Shown: positions 23,670 through 32,000 of the stretch, piece after piece | Position numbering within the stretch: position 1 is the stretch's first letter | Layout: each line of letters opens with the position of its first letter | DNA from: Scytonema sp. PCC 10023 | GTDB lineage: Bacteria > Cyanobacteriota > Cyanobacteriia > Cyanobacteriales > Nostocaceae | DNA length: 32,000 bases | Assembly (NCBI RefSeq): GCF_963920835.1 | Contig: NZ_CAWUDP010000039.1 | Coordinates: forward strand, 1-32,000 | Direction of reading: 5' to 3' | Translations under genes and position numbers: made by a program | The notes under the pieces: model-generated | Database searches by the model: none | Told to the model about the DNA's origin: nothing | Seen by the model: only the letters and a program-made list of their open reading frames with translations

Positions 23670-25184
23670 TTACCTGGGGAAACTAGCTTCTTTCCATTTT
23701 TTGAAAAGCTCTTTTCTTTCCTCTGTCCAAGGTCCTTCTGGAAGCAAAGGCATACGGTTGTTGTTCACTACCCTAAGAACCTGATCTGCACGAGCCTTCA
23801 CTTCGTCGTAATCATCAAGATTCATTTGAGAAAATGTTGATTTCATATGATCTACATCCATCGGCGAGAATAATTGTGAGATGCCGTTTGCCCAGGTTCC
23901 TCCATTTGGTTCGAGTGAAATAGTATGGGCTATCTTTTCCAGCGCCACCGACACATCCGTCAAGGCTTGCACTAAGTGAGGATAGGGTTGCGTTCTAGAG
24001 TCGCCAATGAGCGCATCACAAGCTACAGCAATTTCTTGCAGTCTTTCTTGGAAAAAGATCCACGCACTCTTGATCTGCGGGAGCAACTGAACATCTGCAT
24101 AGACCTCAAAGCTGGGACCAGCGTTCGTGTTAGGATATTCCTTACCTGCAGGCAATTGGGTTATTGCTTGAGCCAACGGAGACAGACCAAAAGGCATGAG
24201 GTTAATGAACGCACTTTTGAGAATATAGAGCTGTTCCTCACTCTCGGAGGTACGCGCAAAGAAACGCATCAGTATTTGCAGCATGACCTCATAAAGTGCA
24301 GCGAATATCTCTACTACGTCCCGACTTAATGAATCGGTAATGATATTTGCACCTGGTGTTGTATTGTCTTGTTGAAGATCTAATAGTGGATTTTCAATGA
24401 CTGGTCGAGCAGGTTGAAATTTGGGATCTTTCTCCAATTCTGCTAAATACTGTTCACGAATTTTTGTGAACTTTGCAAAATGATTGTCTTGTCGGTTTGT
24501 AGGAGATCCTTCGCCCTGTATGACGATAAGGTCAATCGCTTTTACTGCTGAATCCACGTCCGTGACTTGTATAATGTCTCGGAAAATCCCGCTTGCTTGG
24601 GCATTAGGTGGACCAATAAACAATTTTTCGCCGATAGTCTCAAAGCCTTGGCGAATCAGCCCGTAGAGTTCCCCAATAGTGTTGTACTCCAGTTTTTTGG
24701 GAAGCAGTGGTGCTGGTAGGGCTAAAAGCCTTAACATTTCTTGGTCTTCCTTGATTGTCTGGCAAAACTGATTCCAACGTTCTTTGTCCCCCTCATCTTG
24801 AAAATTGTTCGGTAATTCAAAACAAATATATCTGTCAAGTGTTGCTTGATTAAAAGGAGCTAGCTTGAATAAGAGGCTCAACGAAGTGTAAGTTTTAGCC
24901 TGCGGAAAATTTGCACGTCGAAAATATGGCGCTCCTCCAATCGCTGTCAGAAGGTTGCTAGCCAGTGCAAGATGTAGCATTTCCTCTACTGCGATTTCAT
25001 TGATTGTGCTACGCCAGTTATTAATCTTATTTAATTGAGCTTGAGAAACTCCTTCATCTGTAAATTGCTTTAAACTGAAGGCAGTAAAAAGGTATTGGCA
25101 GGCAAGTGAATGTTCCAACTCTGCTGCCTGTGAGAGAAGATAAAGTAACTGTTCTCTTGTTTTGACTTGATTGTTTGAACTCAT
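23670..25184 (-). CDS. Ferritin-like (diiron four-helix-bundle type) domain protein, 504 aa
   Basis: N-terminal LLYLLSQAAELEHSLACQY and VEEMLHLALASNLL provide ExxH-type motifs. The remainder is unassigned. Confidence 0.6.
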   Translation of the reverse strand: MSSNNQVKTREQLLYLLSQAAELEHSLACQYLFTAFSLKQFTDEGVSQAQLNKINNWRSTINEIAVEEMLHLALASNLLTAIGGAPYFRRANFPQAKTYTSLSLLFKLAPFNQATLDRYICFELPNNFQDEGDKERWNQFCQTIKEDQEMLRLLALPAPLLPKKLEYNTIGELYGLIRQGFETIGEKLFIGPPNAQASGIFRDIIQVTDVDSAVKAIDLIVIQGEGSPTNRQDNHFAKFTKIREQYLAELEKDPKFQPARPVIENPLLDLQQDNTTPGANIITDSLSRDVVEIFAALYEVMLQILMRFFARTSESEEQLYILKSAFINLMPFGLSPLAQAITQLPAGKEYPNTNAGPSFEVYADVQLLPQIKSAWIFFQERLQEIAVACDALIGDSRTQPYPHLVQALTDVSVALEKIAHTISLEPNGGTWANGISQLFSPMDVDHMKSTFSQMNLDDYDEVKARADQVLRVVNNNRMPLLPEGPWTEERKELFKKWKEASFPR

Positions 25185-25386
25185 GGCATTTATCTCATAT
25201 TTGAGTTAGCCTCATGCAATTGTTGTAAACTTACCTTTTAACTAAATTCGTCAAAAAGTGAGTTAAGCTTGGAACTTTCCTTGTACATCCTTAATAACTG
25301 TAAGCAAAATCAACTTATGCACTTTTGGGATAGAAATGGGAAATTACTAGACTTCTTGCAAAAATACGATTTATGAATTTTTGAAT

Positions 25387-25494
25387 CACAGATGAACAAC
25401 GGACACTTGCACGACTCGGGGAGAACCCCCAAGGGCGCAGTGTCCTCCAGATGAACACCGATATTTATCTGTGTAAATCTCGTGTCCATCTGTG
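25387..25494. repeat. MITE-like dispersed repeat with imperfect 12-bp terminal inverted repeats
   Basis: cacagatgaaca (25387-25398) versus tgtccatctgtg (25483-25494) gives 11 of 12 complementary positions. Confidence 0.45.
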
Positions 25495-25530
25495 GTTTAA
25501 TTTCAAAAAATTTGAATGAGTGCAAGAGTT

Positions 25531-26355
25531 CTACTGAATCGATGCCCTAGCGTTTCTGAATCTAGGGTAGCGTGGTTGTCTGTTTTGCGACATCGGAGCC
25601 GCCATCAGTAAAACCTTTTCCAACAGCCAAGGAGCGATGCGGTTGCACCAAACAGCTAAATGACTTTGCCATCCTATCAAGATTTCTGGCGAATCCCTGC
25701 TTAGTCCGACAACAAGCGCCTGAGCAACTTTCTCGGCACTCGTGGGTAATACCCAGCGAAACCACTGTAATTCTCGCACCATATCAGTGTCGGTCAAAGA
25801 TGGCAGCAAAGCTATGACTCGGATATTGTGTGCAGCTAGCTCGCCGCGCAGGGCTTGGGTGAACCCGACAATTGCAAACTTGGTGGCGCTATAAGTTGCC
25901 ATTGTCGGTGCTGCCACCTTGCCCATCAAGCTGGAAACATTCACGATTGTCCCTGAGCCTTGTGTCACCATGCGTCGGGCAACGAGACGAGTCATGGTGT
26001 ACATTCCGATTAAATTAACGGATATTTCTGCCTCGACATTTGACAGTCGAGAGTTTAAAAAAGGCGCTTGGTGGGCAACTCCAGCGCAATTAACGAGCAA
26101 ATCAATTGGTCCGTGATCTCGCCAAGCTTGGGCGATCGCAATATTCACTTCTACAACTTCAGATAAATCCAAAGTCAAGGTGATGACTTCCACACCAAGC
26201 ATCTGTATTTCCGTGGCGACTTCAGCTAACCGAACACTATCCCGTGCCACTAACAACAGCCGTTTGACTCCTTGTCTTGCTAATTCGATGGCGATCGCTC
26301 TTCCAATACCACGTGAGGCTCCAGTCACAAGAGCCGTTTTTCCTTGAATATTCAT
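25531..26355 (-). CDS. Short-chain dehydrogenase/reductase (SDR) family oxidoreductase
   Basis: TGASRGIG cofactor motif, NCAG, and a YSATK catalytic Y-x-x-x-K. ATG 26355 with an upstream GGAGG is preferred over 26397. Confidence 0.85.
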   Translation of the reverse strand: MNIQGKTALVTGASRGIGRAIAIELARQGVKRLLLVARDSVRLAEVATEIQMLGVEVITLTLDLSEVVEVNIAIAQAWRDHGPIDLLVNCAGVAHQAPFLNSRLSNVEAEISVNLIGMYTMTRLVARRMVTQGSGTIVNVSSLMGKVAAPTMATYSATKFAIVGFTQALRGELAAHNIRVIALLPSLTDTDMVRELQWFRWVLPTSAEKVAQALVVGLSRDSPEILIGWQSHLAVWCNRIAPWLLEKVLLMAAPMSQNRQPRYPRFRNARASIQ

Positions 26356-26673
26356 CACTAAAACCTCCAGAGTTGATGTCTCATCGTGCCAGCCCACCAG
26401 TGCCCAGTTGAAGGATTTTGCAACAAAGCCTGCATCCTGGGCGTGGAGTGAGACGAAAGAGACTCGTGATTGGGGTATAAATTGAACTAAACCGTTCGTA
26501 GTCAGAAATTTCTGAGAAATCTTGCTTGTTTTACCGCATTCTTGCAGAAAAACTTTGGGTATGTATTTAGTCAGACTTCAGGAAGATTTGAGTTGGACTG
26601 GCAATACGTAAGAATGAAGTAAGTAAGCAACCGTCTAAACTAATCCTCAGTGTAGAAGGAGCAATAAATTTAG

Positions 26674-26755
26674 ATCTTGCACGCCCGCTTTAAAACCCTT
26701 ATTTTCTGCCCCCTCCTCGCTTGCGGGGAGGGGGTTGGGGGGTGGGGTGCAAGAT
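26674..26755. repeat. MITE-like element with 9-bp terminal inverted repeats and an internal G/C hairpin
   Basis: atcttgcac (26674-26682) / gtgcaagat (26747-26755). Internal hairpin ccccctcc...ggaggggg (26709-26734). Confidence 0.5.
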
Positions 26756-27078
26756 TTAAGTAAAGATATTTCAACCGTCTTGCCGGAAAATTGGTGTAAA
26801 GCAGTCGGAAAAATATCTTTGCTAACAATTCAAAGAATCAGTGACTTCAGTGAAAAGCCTAGATTTACGTAGAGCATGGATAACACCTCTTTTAGATACA
26901 AGTATCTACCAGAACCAACTGTACTTTGCATACACTAGCAAGGGGATCAACTACCTGCAATATTTATTAACAATATTTCTTAAGTTTTACTTAAGTTTAC
27001 ACATCTCTCAGAAACAACAAAGCAGCAAGGTGTTTTATTCTTGCTTTTAGGAACCTCTGAATAAAAAGTGACTTGACT

Positions 27079-28152
27079 ATGAAAAAACTTATTAATAAAT
27101 CAGAAGACTTTATTCACGAAAGTTTGCAAGGTATGGCAGCCGCTCATACGGATTTAATCAAAGTCCACTATGACCCTGCTTTTGTCTATCGAGCCGATGC
27201 ACCCGTACAAGGAAAAGTAGCAATTATTTCAGGAGGGGGTAGCGGTCATGAACCGATGCATGCAGGCTTTGTAGGGATGGGAATGCTGGATGCTGCTTGT
27301 CCAGGAGAGGTTTTCACTTCTCCCACCCCTGACCAAATGCTGGAAGCTGCAAAGAGAGTTGATGGAGGTGCTGGTATCCTTTATATCGTCAAGAACTACA
27401 GCGGCGATATCATGAACTTTGAGATGGCAACGGAGTTAGCCCGTAGTGAAGGTATCCGGGTGCTAAGTATGTTAATTGATGACGATGTGGCGGTGAAGGA
27501 CAGCTTGTATACACAAGGACGCCGGGGTGTGGGAACGACAGTGCTAGCAGAAAAAATCTGTGGTGCTGCGGCACAGCAAGGGTATGATTTGCAGCGAATA
27601 GCAGATTTGTGCCGTCGGGTGAATTTGAATGGACGTAGCTTGGGGATCGCACTGACTTCTTGCACAGTACCCGCCAAAGGAACGCCTACCTTTGAACTGG
27701 GAGATCAGGAAATAGAAATGGGGATCGGTATCCACGGTGAACCAGGACGCGATCGCATAACTATCAAATCAGCAGACGAAATTACAGAGACGCTGGCGTT
27801 ATCGATTATTGAAGATGTGCCCTACACTCGTACAGTGCGGGAGTGGGATGAAGAAAAAGGGGAATGGGTGGATGTGGAATTGATTGATCCCGCTTTTGAA
27901 AAGGGAGATAAGCTGCTGGCTTTCGTCAACAGCATGGGTGGGACTCCAATTTCTGAACTTTATATTGTTTACCGCAAACTGGCTGAAATCTGCGAACAGA
28001 AGGGATTGCAAATTGTGCGAAACTTAATTGGTCCTTACATCACTTCTTTGGATATGCAAGGTTGTTCAATTACCCTGTTGAAGTTGGATGATGAGATGAT
28101 TCGGTTATGGGATGCGCCTGTAAAGACACCAAGTCTGCGTTGGGGAGTTTAA
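27079..28152 (+). CDS. dhaK: Dihydroxyacetone kinase, DhaK subunit
   Basis: [17 protein letters not shown] and the YIVKNYSGD motif. ATG 27079 is preferred over TTG 27073. Confidence 0.9.
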   Translation: MKKLINKSEDFIHESLQGMAAAHTDLIKVHYDPAFVYRADAPVQGKVAIISGGGSGHEPMHAGFVGMGMLDAACPGEVFTSPTPDQMLEAAKRVDGGAGILYIVKNYSGDIMNFEMATELARSEGIRVLSMLIDDDVAVKDSLYTQGRRGVGTTVLAEKICGAAAQQGYDLQRIADLCRRVNLNGRSLGIALTSCTVPAKGTPTFELGDQEIEMGIGIHGEPGRDRITIKSADEITETLALSIIEDVPYTRTVREWDEEKGEWVDVELIDPAFEKGDKLLAFVNSMGGTPISELYIVYRKLAEICEQKGLQIVRNLIGPYITSLDMQGCSITLLKLDDEMIRLWDAPVKTPSLRWGV

Positions 28153-28155
28153 TGT

Positions 28156-28791
28156 ATGGTGACAAAACAGCAGATATTGCAATGGTTGCAAACATTTGTA
28201 GCCGAGATAGAGCAGAATAAAGACTATTTGACAGAATTAGATGCGGCGATCGGGGATGCTGATCACGGGATCAATATGGATCGCGGTTTCAAAAAGGCGA
28301 TCGCTCAGTTACCAACTGTTGCAGATAAGGATATCAGTAGCATTTTGAAAGCAGTCAGTATGACTTTGATTTCCTCAATAGGCGGTGCGAGTGGTCCTCT
28401 TTATGGCACTTTGTTTCTGCAAGCAAGTACGGCAGTAGCTGGTAAACAGGACTTGAATGAGCAGGATATGCTTGGGCTACTCCAAGCTGGATTAGATGGT
28501 GTGCTTGGGCGTGGCAAAGCACAACTTGGCGACAAAACGATGGTAGATGTTTTATCTCCTGCAGTAACAACTTTTCAACAAGCTGTGGCTGAGGGAAACA
28601 ATACATTGCAAGCGATGCAACGAACTGTAGCAGCAGCAGAACAAGGAATGAAGGATACTACGCCGATGGTTGCCAAAAAAGGACGGGCTAGCTACTTGGG
28701 AGAACGCAGCGTGGGACATCAAGATCCAGGGGCAACTTCTTCCTATTTAATGTTGAAGAGTTTGTTGACAGTGTTGGAAAGTTTTAGTTGA
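28156..28791 (+). CDS. dhaL: Dihydroxyacetone kinase, DhaL (nucleotide-binding) subunit
   Basis: LDAAIGDADHGINMDRGF and GGASGPLYGTLF. It starts 4 nt after the dhaK stop. Confidence 0.9.
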   Translation: MVTKQQILQWLQTFVAEIEQNKDYLTELDAAIGDADHGINMDRGFKKAIAQLPTVADKDISSILKAVSMTLISSIGGASGPLYGTLFLQASTAVAGKQDLNEQDMLGLLQAGLDGVLGRGKAQLGDKTMVDVLSPAVTTFQQAVAEGNNTLQAMQRTVAAAEQGMKDTTPMVAKKGRASYLGERSVGHQDPGATSSYLMLKSLLTVLESFS

Positions 28792-28937
28792 ACCAAAAGA
28801 CTTCACCCTGATTTCTATTTCTCCTCAACCTAGAGTGATAAAAGATAGTTATTGACATAGATAAAAAGCTGTGGGATATTTCTACTCAAATACGGTAAAT
28901 TGATAAATTTACAGTAATAACAAAGAAAGTTCCTTAT

Positions 28938-29028
28938 AGGACTTACGCAAGAACTCTCTGAAACTCTTATTTCTTCGTGTCCTTTGCGTCCTTTGTGGTT
29001 CGTTTCTTCATCATTTTGCGTAAGTCCT
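28938..29028. repeat. MITE-like element with 13-bp perfect terminal inverted repeats
   Basis: aggacttacgcaa (28938-28950) / ttgcgtaagtcct (29016-29028). The interior carries gtcctttgcgtcctttgtgg. Confidence 0.6.
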
Positions 29029-29215
29029 GCCTTAGTTAAAGGTTTTCAGAAACTGAGAAGCTAATTTACCCAAAATGTGGAGAAGTTTAAAACTCCGCTT
29101 GTTGCAACAGGCGCGAAGCTGTACATGTTTGAGGCTGTGCGGCGGGTTTTGTTGTGCTTAGCAATCTGTCTGATTCAGTCAAGCAAGTTTATTTTCGGTG
29201 TCTATTTAAGGTGAA

Positions 29216-30178
29216 ATGCTCTTGAAAACTATCTTTGCAAACGCGATCGCGTACTCGAAGGGAGCGCTTAGCGCAATCGCAACAACAGCTGCCTTTGTAT
29301 CAATAGCTTCCCTAGTGACCACACTGCCTGCTATGGCAGCATCATTCACTCAGTTTTCGTTTAAAACTAATGTCACGGCTAGTCCGATTAACGATCCTAC
29401 AGGTAATCTGTTAAATGACCCCACAAGAGATATCCGCCTGGACTCAGTGGTGTTTAATGGAAACACGATTAGCAACTTTGAGGTTGTCAAACAGGCAAAG
29501 ATTCTCCAAAACGATACCTACACCCTCGACGATGGAAGTGTCCTGGGCGTACTCCATTCAGGACGAGGTCCCAATACCCCCCGCGACAACCTGCTTGGAG
29601 AAGGTCCCTCAAAACCCAACCCAACTGATCAAGACATTGTTAACAGTTTGGGCAACCTAAATCTGAATAGTATTCTGGTCACGCGTGAAAATGCAAATAC
29701 AGCAAGTATCGAGGTCTCTTTCGAGAATCCCGTGAATACCTTCTTGTTCTGGGAGCGTGGTGGAACACCGGGTGGAGCAGTTGCAGGCGATAGCGATTTA
29801 TTAGTTGAAGCGTTGGACGATAATAATGCAGTTGTAGCAAGTTACAAAATATTGAGGCAAAACTACACGAAAGCTGACTACAACATTAGTACTGAGGTCA
29901 TTCCAGTTCTTAACAATGGACCTTTCAATATTGGGTCGCAAGGCATTAGGCTGGATGGAATTACCACGAAAACACTGCGATTAACTAGCTCTAACAATAA
30001 TGGACTACTTAGTGGTGTTCCTAATGACAACGGACCTGATTTCAAGATTGTGGCAGCAAAAACAGTGGGCGAACCCACGACTATTGTGGGCGCGCTGGTA
30101 GTCGGCAGTTTGGGAGCCGTCCTAAAGCGTAAGAGAACAGTTGCAGGCTGCAAATCGCAAGCAACGCCTGATCTGTGA
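29216..30178 (+). CDS. Secreted protein with PEP-CTERM-like sorting signal
   Basis: N-terminal signal ending in LPAMAASF. C-terminal GEPTTIVGALVVGSLGAVLKRKR gives a (P)EP motif, a TM helix and a basic cluster, followed by 13 extra residues. Confidence 0.65.
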   Translation: MLLKTIFANAIAYSKGALSAIATTAAFVSIASLVTTLPAMAASFTQFSFKTNVTASPINDPTGNLLNDPTRDIRLDSVVFNGNTISNFEVVKQAKILQNDTYTLDDGSVLGVLHSGRGPNTPRDNLLGEGPSKPNPTDQDIVNSLGNLNLNSILVTRENANTASIEVSFENPVNTFLFWERGGTPGGAVAGDSDLLVEALDDNNAVVASYKILRQNYTKADYNISTEVIPVLNNGPFNIGSQGIRLDGITTKTLRLTSSNNNGLLSGVPNDNGPDFKIVAAKTVGEPTTIVGALVVGSLGAVLKRKRTVAGCKSQATPDL

Positions 30179-30231
30179 GAATTCTTTGCTGGGAAAGAAT
30201 CCTCACAGTAGTTAAAGGCGGAAGCCCACGA

Positions 30232-30260
30232 GTATGTGGGTTCCTTAGTCACCCACATAC
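30232..30260 (+). repeat. 10-bp stem / 9-nt loop hairpin; candidate IS200/IS605 left-end subterminal hairpin, or terminator of the RHH gene
   Basis: gtatgtgggt (30232-30241) is the exact reverse complement of acccacatac (30251-30260). Confidence 0.45.
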
Positions 30261-30261
30261 G

Positions 30262-30474
30262 TCATGGGACGGCGTGGGAGGAAGCCGCAGGCACTTTTAA
30301 GTGCCGTCCCCATCTTTCAACTAATTCGCTAACACTGACCCCTTCAGATTCAGCTACTTGTTTTAAAGTATCCCAAGTAGAAGGAGTTAGCCAAATTGCT
30401 TTTCTAACCTTTGCTTCATCATAGAACAAAGGCTCGTTCCTCATTGCTTTCTTTTTAGGTCTTGGTGTTGACAT
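30262..30474 (-). CDS. 70-aa ribbon-helix-helix-like protein, divergent from the second tnpB
   Basis: KAIWLTPSTWDTLKQVAESEGVSVSELVERW fits a beta-strand plus two-helix RHH pattern. Its position relative to tnpB is the same as that of the 4927-5082 ORF. Confidence 0.5.
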   Translation of the reverse strand: MSTPRPKKKAMRNEPLFYDEAKVRKAIWLTPSTWDTLKQVAESEGVSVSELVERWGRHLKVPAASSHAVP

Positions 30475-30529
30475 TTTTTAGCTAGGTGGACTAACCTAAT
30501 CATAGGTCGATAAAGAAAGATGAGTCAAG

Positions 30530-31187
30530 ATGCAGGTTAGCTACCAGTACAAGTTGCGCCCTAAGCAAAGTCAATCAAAAGTCATGGATTCGTGGTTAGA
30601 TATGCAGCGTAGTTTGTTCAATTGGTTTTTGGCTGACCGCATTGACGGCTATTATCAAACCTTTATCATGGGTGAGTATTGCGATATCAGAACAAAAACT
30701 GAGCGATACCCGTTAACATGTTCCTTAAGCAAAAACTCAAATCTGCATAATCCTTGGAAGAATCTAGACAAAAACGGAGTAATTAAAAAGCGCTCTTGCT
30801 CTTTAATGCAAGATGCTTATTTGGCAGAAATGAAGCAGGCTAGACCTTGGTACAAAGCAATCCACTCAAACGTGTTGCAGATCAGGGTAAGCGTCTTGAC
30901 ACGGCAATGGAAGGCTTCTTTAAACATGGTCGCGGATTTCCTTCATTTAAAAACAGGTCTAACTTTCGTTCTTTCCAGTACAAGCCAGGTGACGTTAAGC
31001 TCGATGGGAACAAAATATATCTGCCATCAATAGGGTGGATGCGTTTTTATAATTCTCGTCCTATTCCACAAGGATTCCAGATTCGTACCGTAACACTGCG
31101 TAAAAAAGCAGATGGGTGGTACACGAGTATATTAATTAGGGATGATTCAGTTCCTGATTATCCAACCCCAAAAGAAGTTATACCAAT
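30530..31187 (+). pseudogene. tnpB: TnpB pseudogene: frameshifted near 30880-30885 and 3'-truncated before the RuvC domain
   Basis: N-terminal MQVSYQYKLRPKQSQ... continues in a second frame from about 30885 (KRLDTAMEGFFKHGRGFPSFKNRSNFRSFQY...WYTSILIRDD). It ends at the IS630 junction with no GIDxG, zinc ribbon or other RuvC motif. Confidence 0.75.
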
Positions 31188-32000
31188 TTAATGTGAAGCT
31201 GCATAGAATAGAGGTTCCAATATAAAGTTGTAAGAAGAAACAGAAATTACCTGTTCAAATGTAAGTTTATCAAATATTTCTTGGATGCGAACGCCTAAAT
31301 TTTGTAGAGAAGAAAAGAGTTCATTTTTCAGCGATTTTTTAATGAACTGCCATAGCCTTTCGATTGGGTTAAGTTCTGGAGAATGCGGTGGTTGAAGCAA
31401 AGGGATAAGATTTTCAGGGAGCGCGAATCGCGGAACTTATATGAGCGCTCGCTTGGTCAATCTGTAAAATTGCATAGTCGTCGCCTAATTGCACAAGATA
31501 CCAGTCCAAAAACTGTTGAAAATATTCTCCATTAAGTTTTGGATAAACGTGAGCGAAAATGTTTTCCCGTCAAGGGAGCGATCGCGCCATAAATCCAAAA
31601 ATTATCTCGTTGCCATTTAACGGATACAGTGGGCTTAACTCCAGCAGCAGTAATTACTTTCACTCTTTAAGTTTTTAGTCCAACCCTAGTTTCATCCTCA
31701 CAGAGGTAGTGGACAGACTTCCCTTGTGCCAAAAGCTTTTCGAGACAGTTCAAAATCATACCAAGTTTTTTTTAAACTCAGATACCAACTCAACGCCAGT
31801 GCTTGTAGCTTTGAGGACGTGGTACTTTTAGTTTTGCTCCTAATTGATATCGAACTAATGCATAAACCGTTCCATACTCAATATCAAGTCCATGTTCTTT
31901 TTTCAACCACTCTACTATCGCACCATAGCTACTAAAGCCTTTTCCTGTTTTTAACTCAATATTGAGTGCGGCGAGCGCATCATCATTGATTTTCCGTTTT
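31188..32000 (-). mobile_element. IS630/Tc1-mariner-family transposase pseudogene (several frameshifts); runs off the window
   Basis: Minus-strand pieces sit in three frames: KINDDALAALNIELKTGKGFSSYGAIVEWLKKEHGLDIEYGTVYALVRYQLGAKLKVPRP (HTH); NGEYFQQFLDWYLVQLGDDYAILQIDQASAH; ENLIPLLQPPHSPELNPIERLW. Confidence 0.8.

Noticed and set aside
26841-27050. 69-aa plus-strand ORF upstream of dhaK
   Set aside because: It has a GTG start without an RBS and an AT-rich, low-complexity translation. It is more likely the dhaK promoter or leader.

Overview
This window looks like the chromosomal replication-origin region of a filamentous heterocyst-forming cyanobacterium of the Nostoc/Anabaena type. Three things support that call. 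The HIP1 palindrome GCGATCGC occurs at least 15 times (e.g. 2324, 7003, 7953, 8858, 12540). Heptamer STRR-type tandem repeats and many small hairpin or MITE-like dispersed repeats are present. dnaA and dnaN (minus strand) flank a 391-bp spacer carrying nine TTTTCCACA-type DnaA boxes. Housekeeping genes: dnaA, dnaN, an HtrA/Hho-type protease, def, an ArsA/Get3-like ATPase, dhaK/dhaL, an SDR oxidoreductase and an acyltransferase. Accessory content: (1) A five-gene plus-strand cluster (16209-22095) is built around a P-type ATPase that lacks the canonical CPx transmembrane metal motif. The cluster carries six copies of a cysteine-less HMA-like module (H-x-x-P-G-R-x-R-x-R-V-P-R ... AAASIxITY) and a DUF5132-like small membrane protein. 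It may be ferrosome(fez)-like and is the best candidate here for a poorly described system. (2) A convergent ferritin-like (diiron ExxH) plus BNR-propeller/FlgD-Ig gene pair. (3) An intact TnpB (IS200/IS605-type, no tnpA) element inserted into, and splitting, an Rpn/PD-(D/E)xK nuclease-like gene. (4) A second, unrelated TnpB element that is frameshifted and truncated by a decayed IS630-family element. Both TnpB elements carry a divergently oriented small ribbon-helix-helix-like gene where tnpA would normally sit. All functional calls come from reading the translations and motifs by eye. No database search was run.
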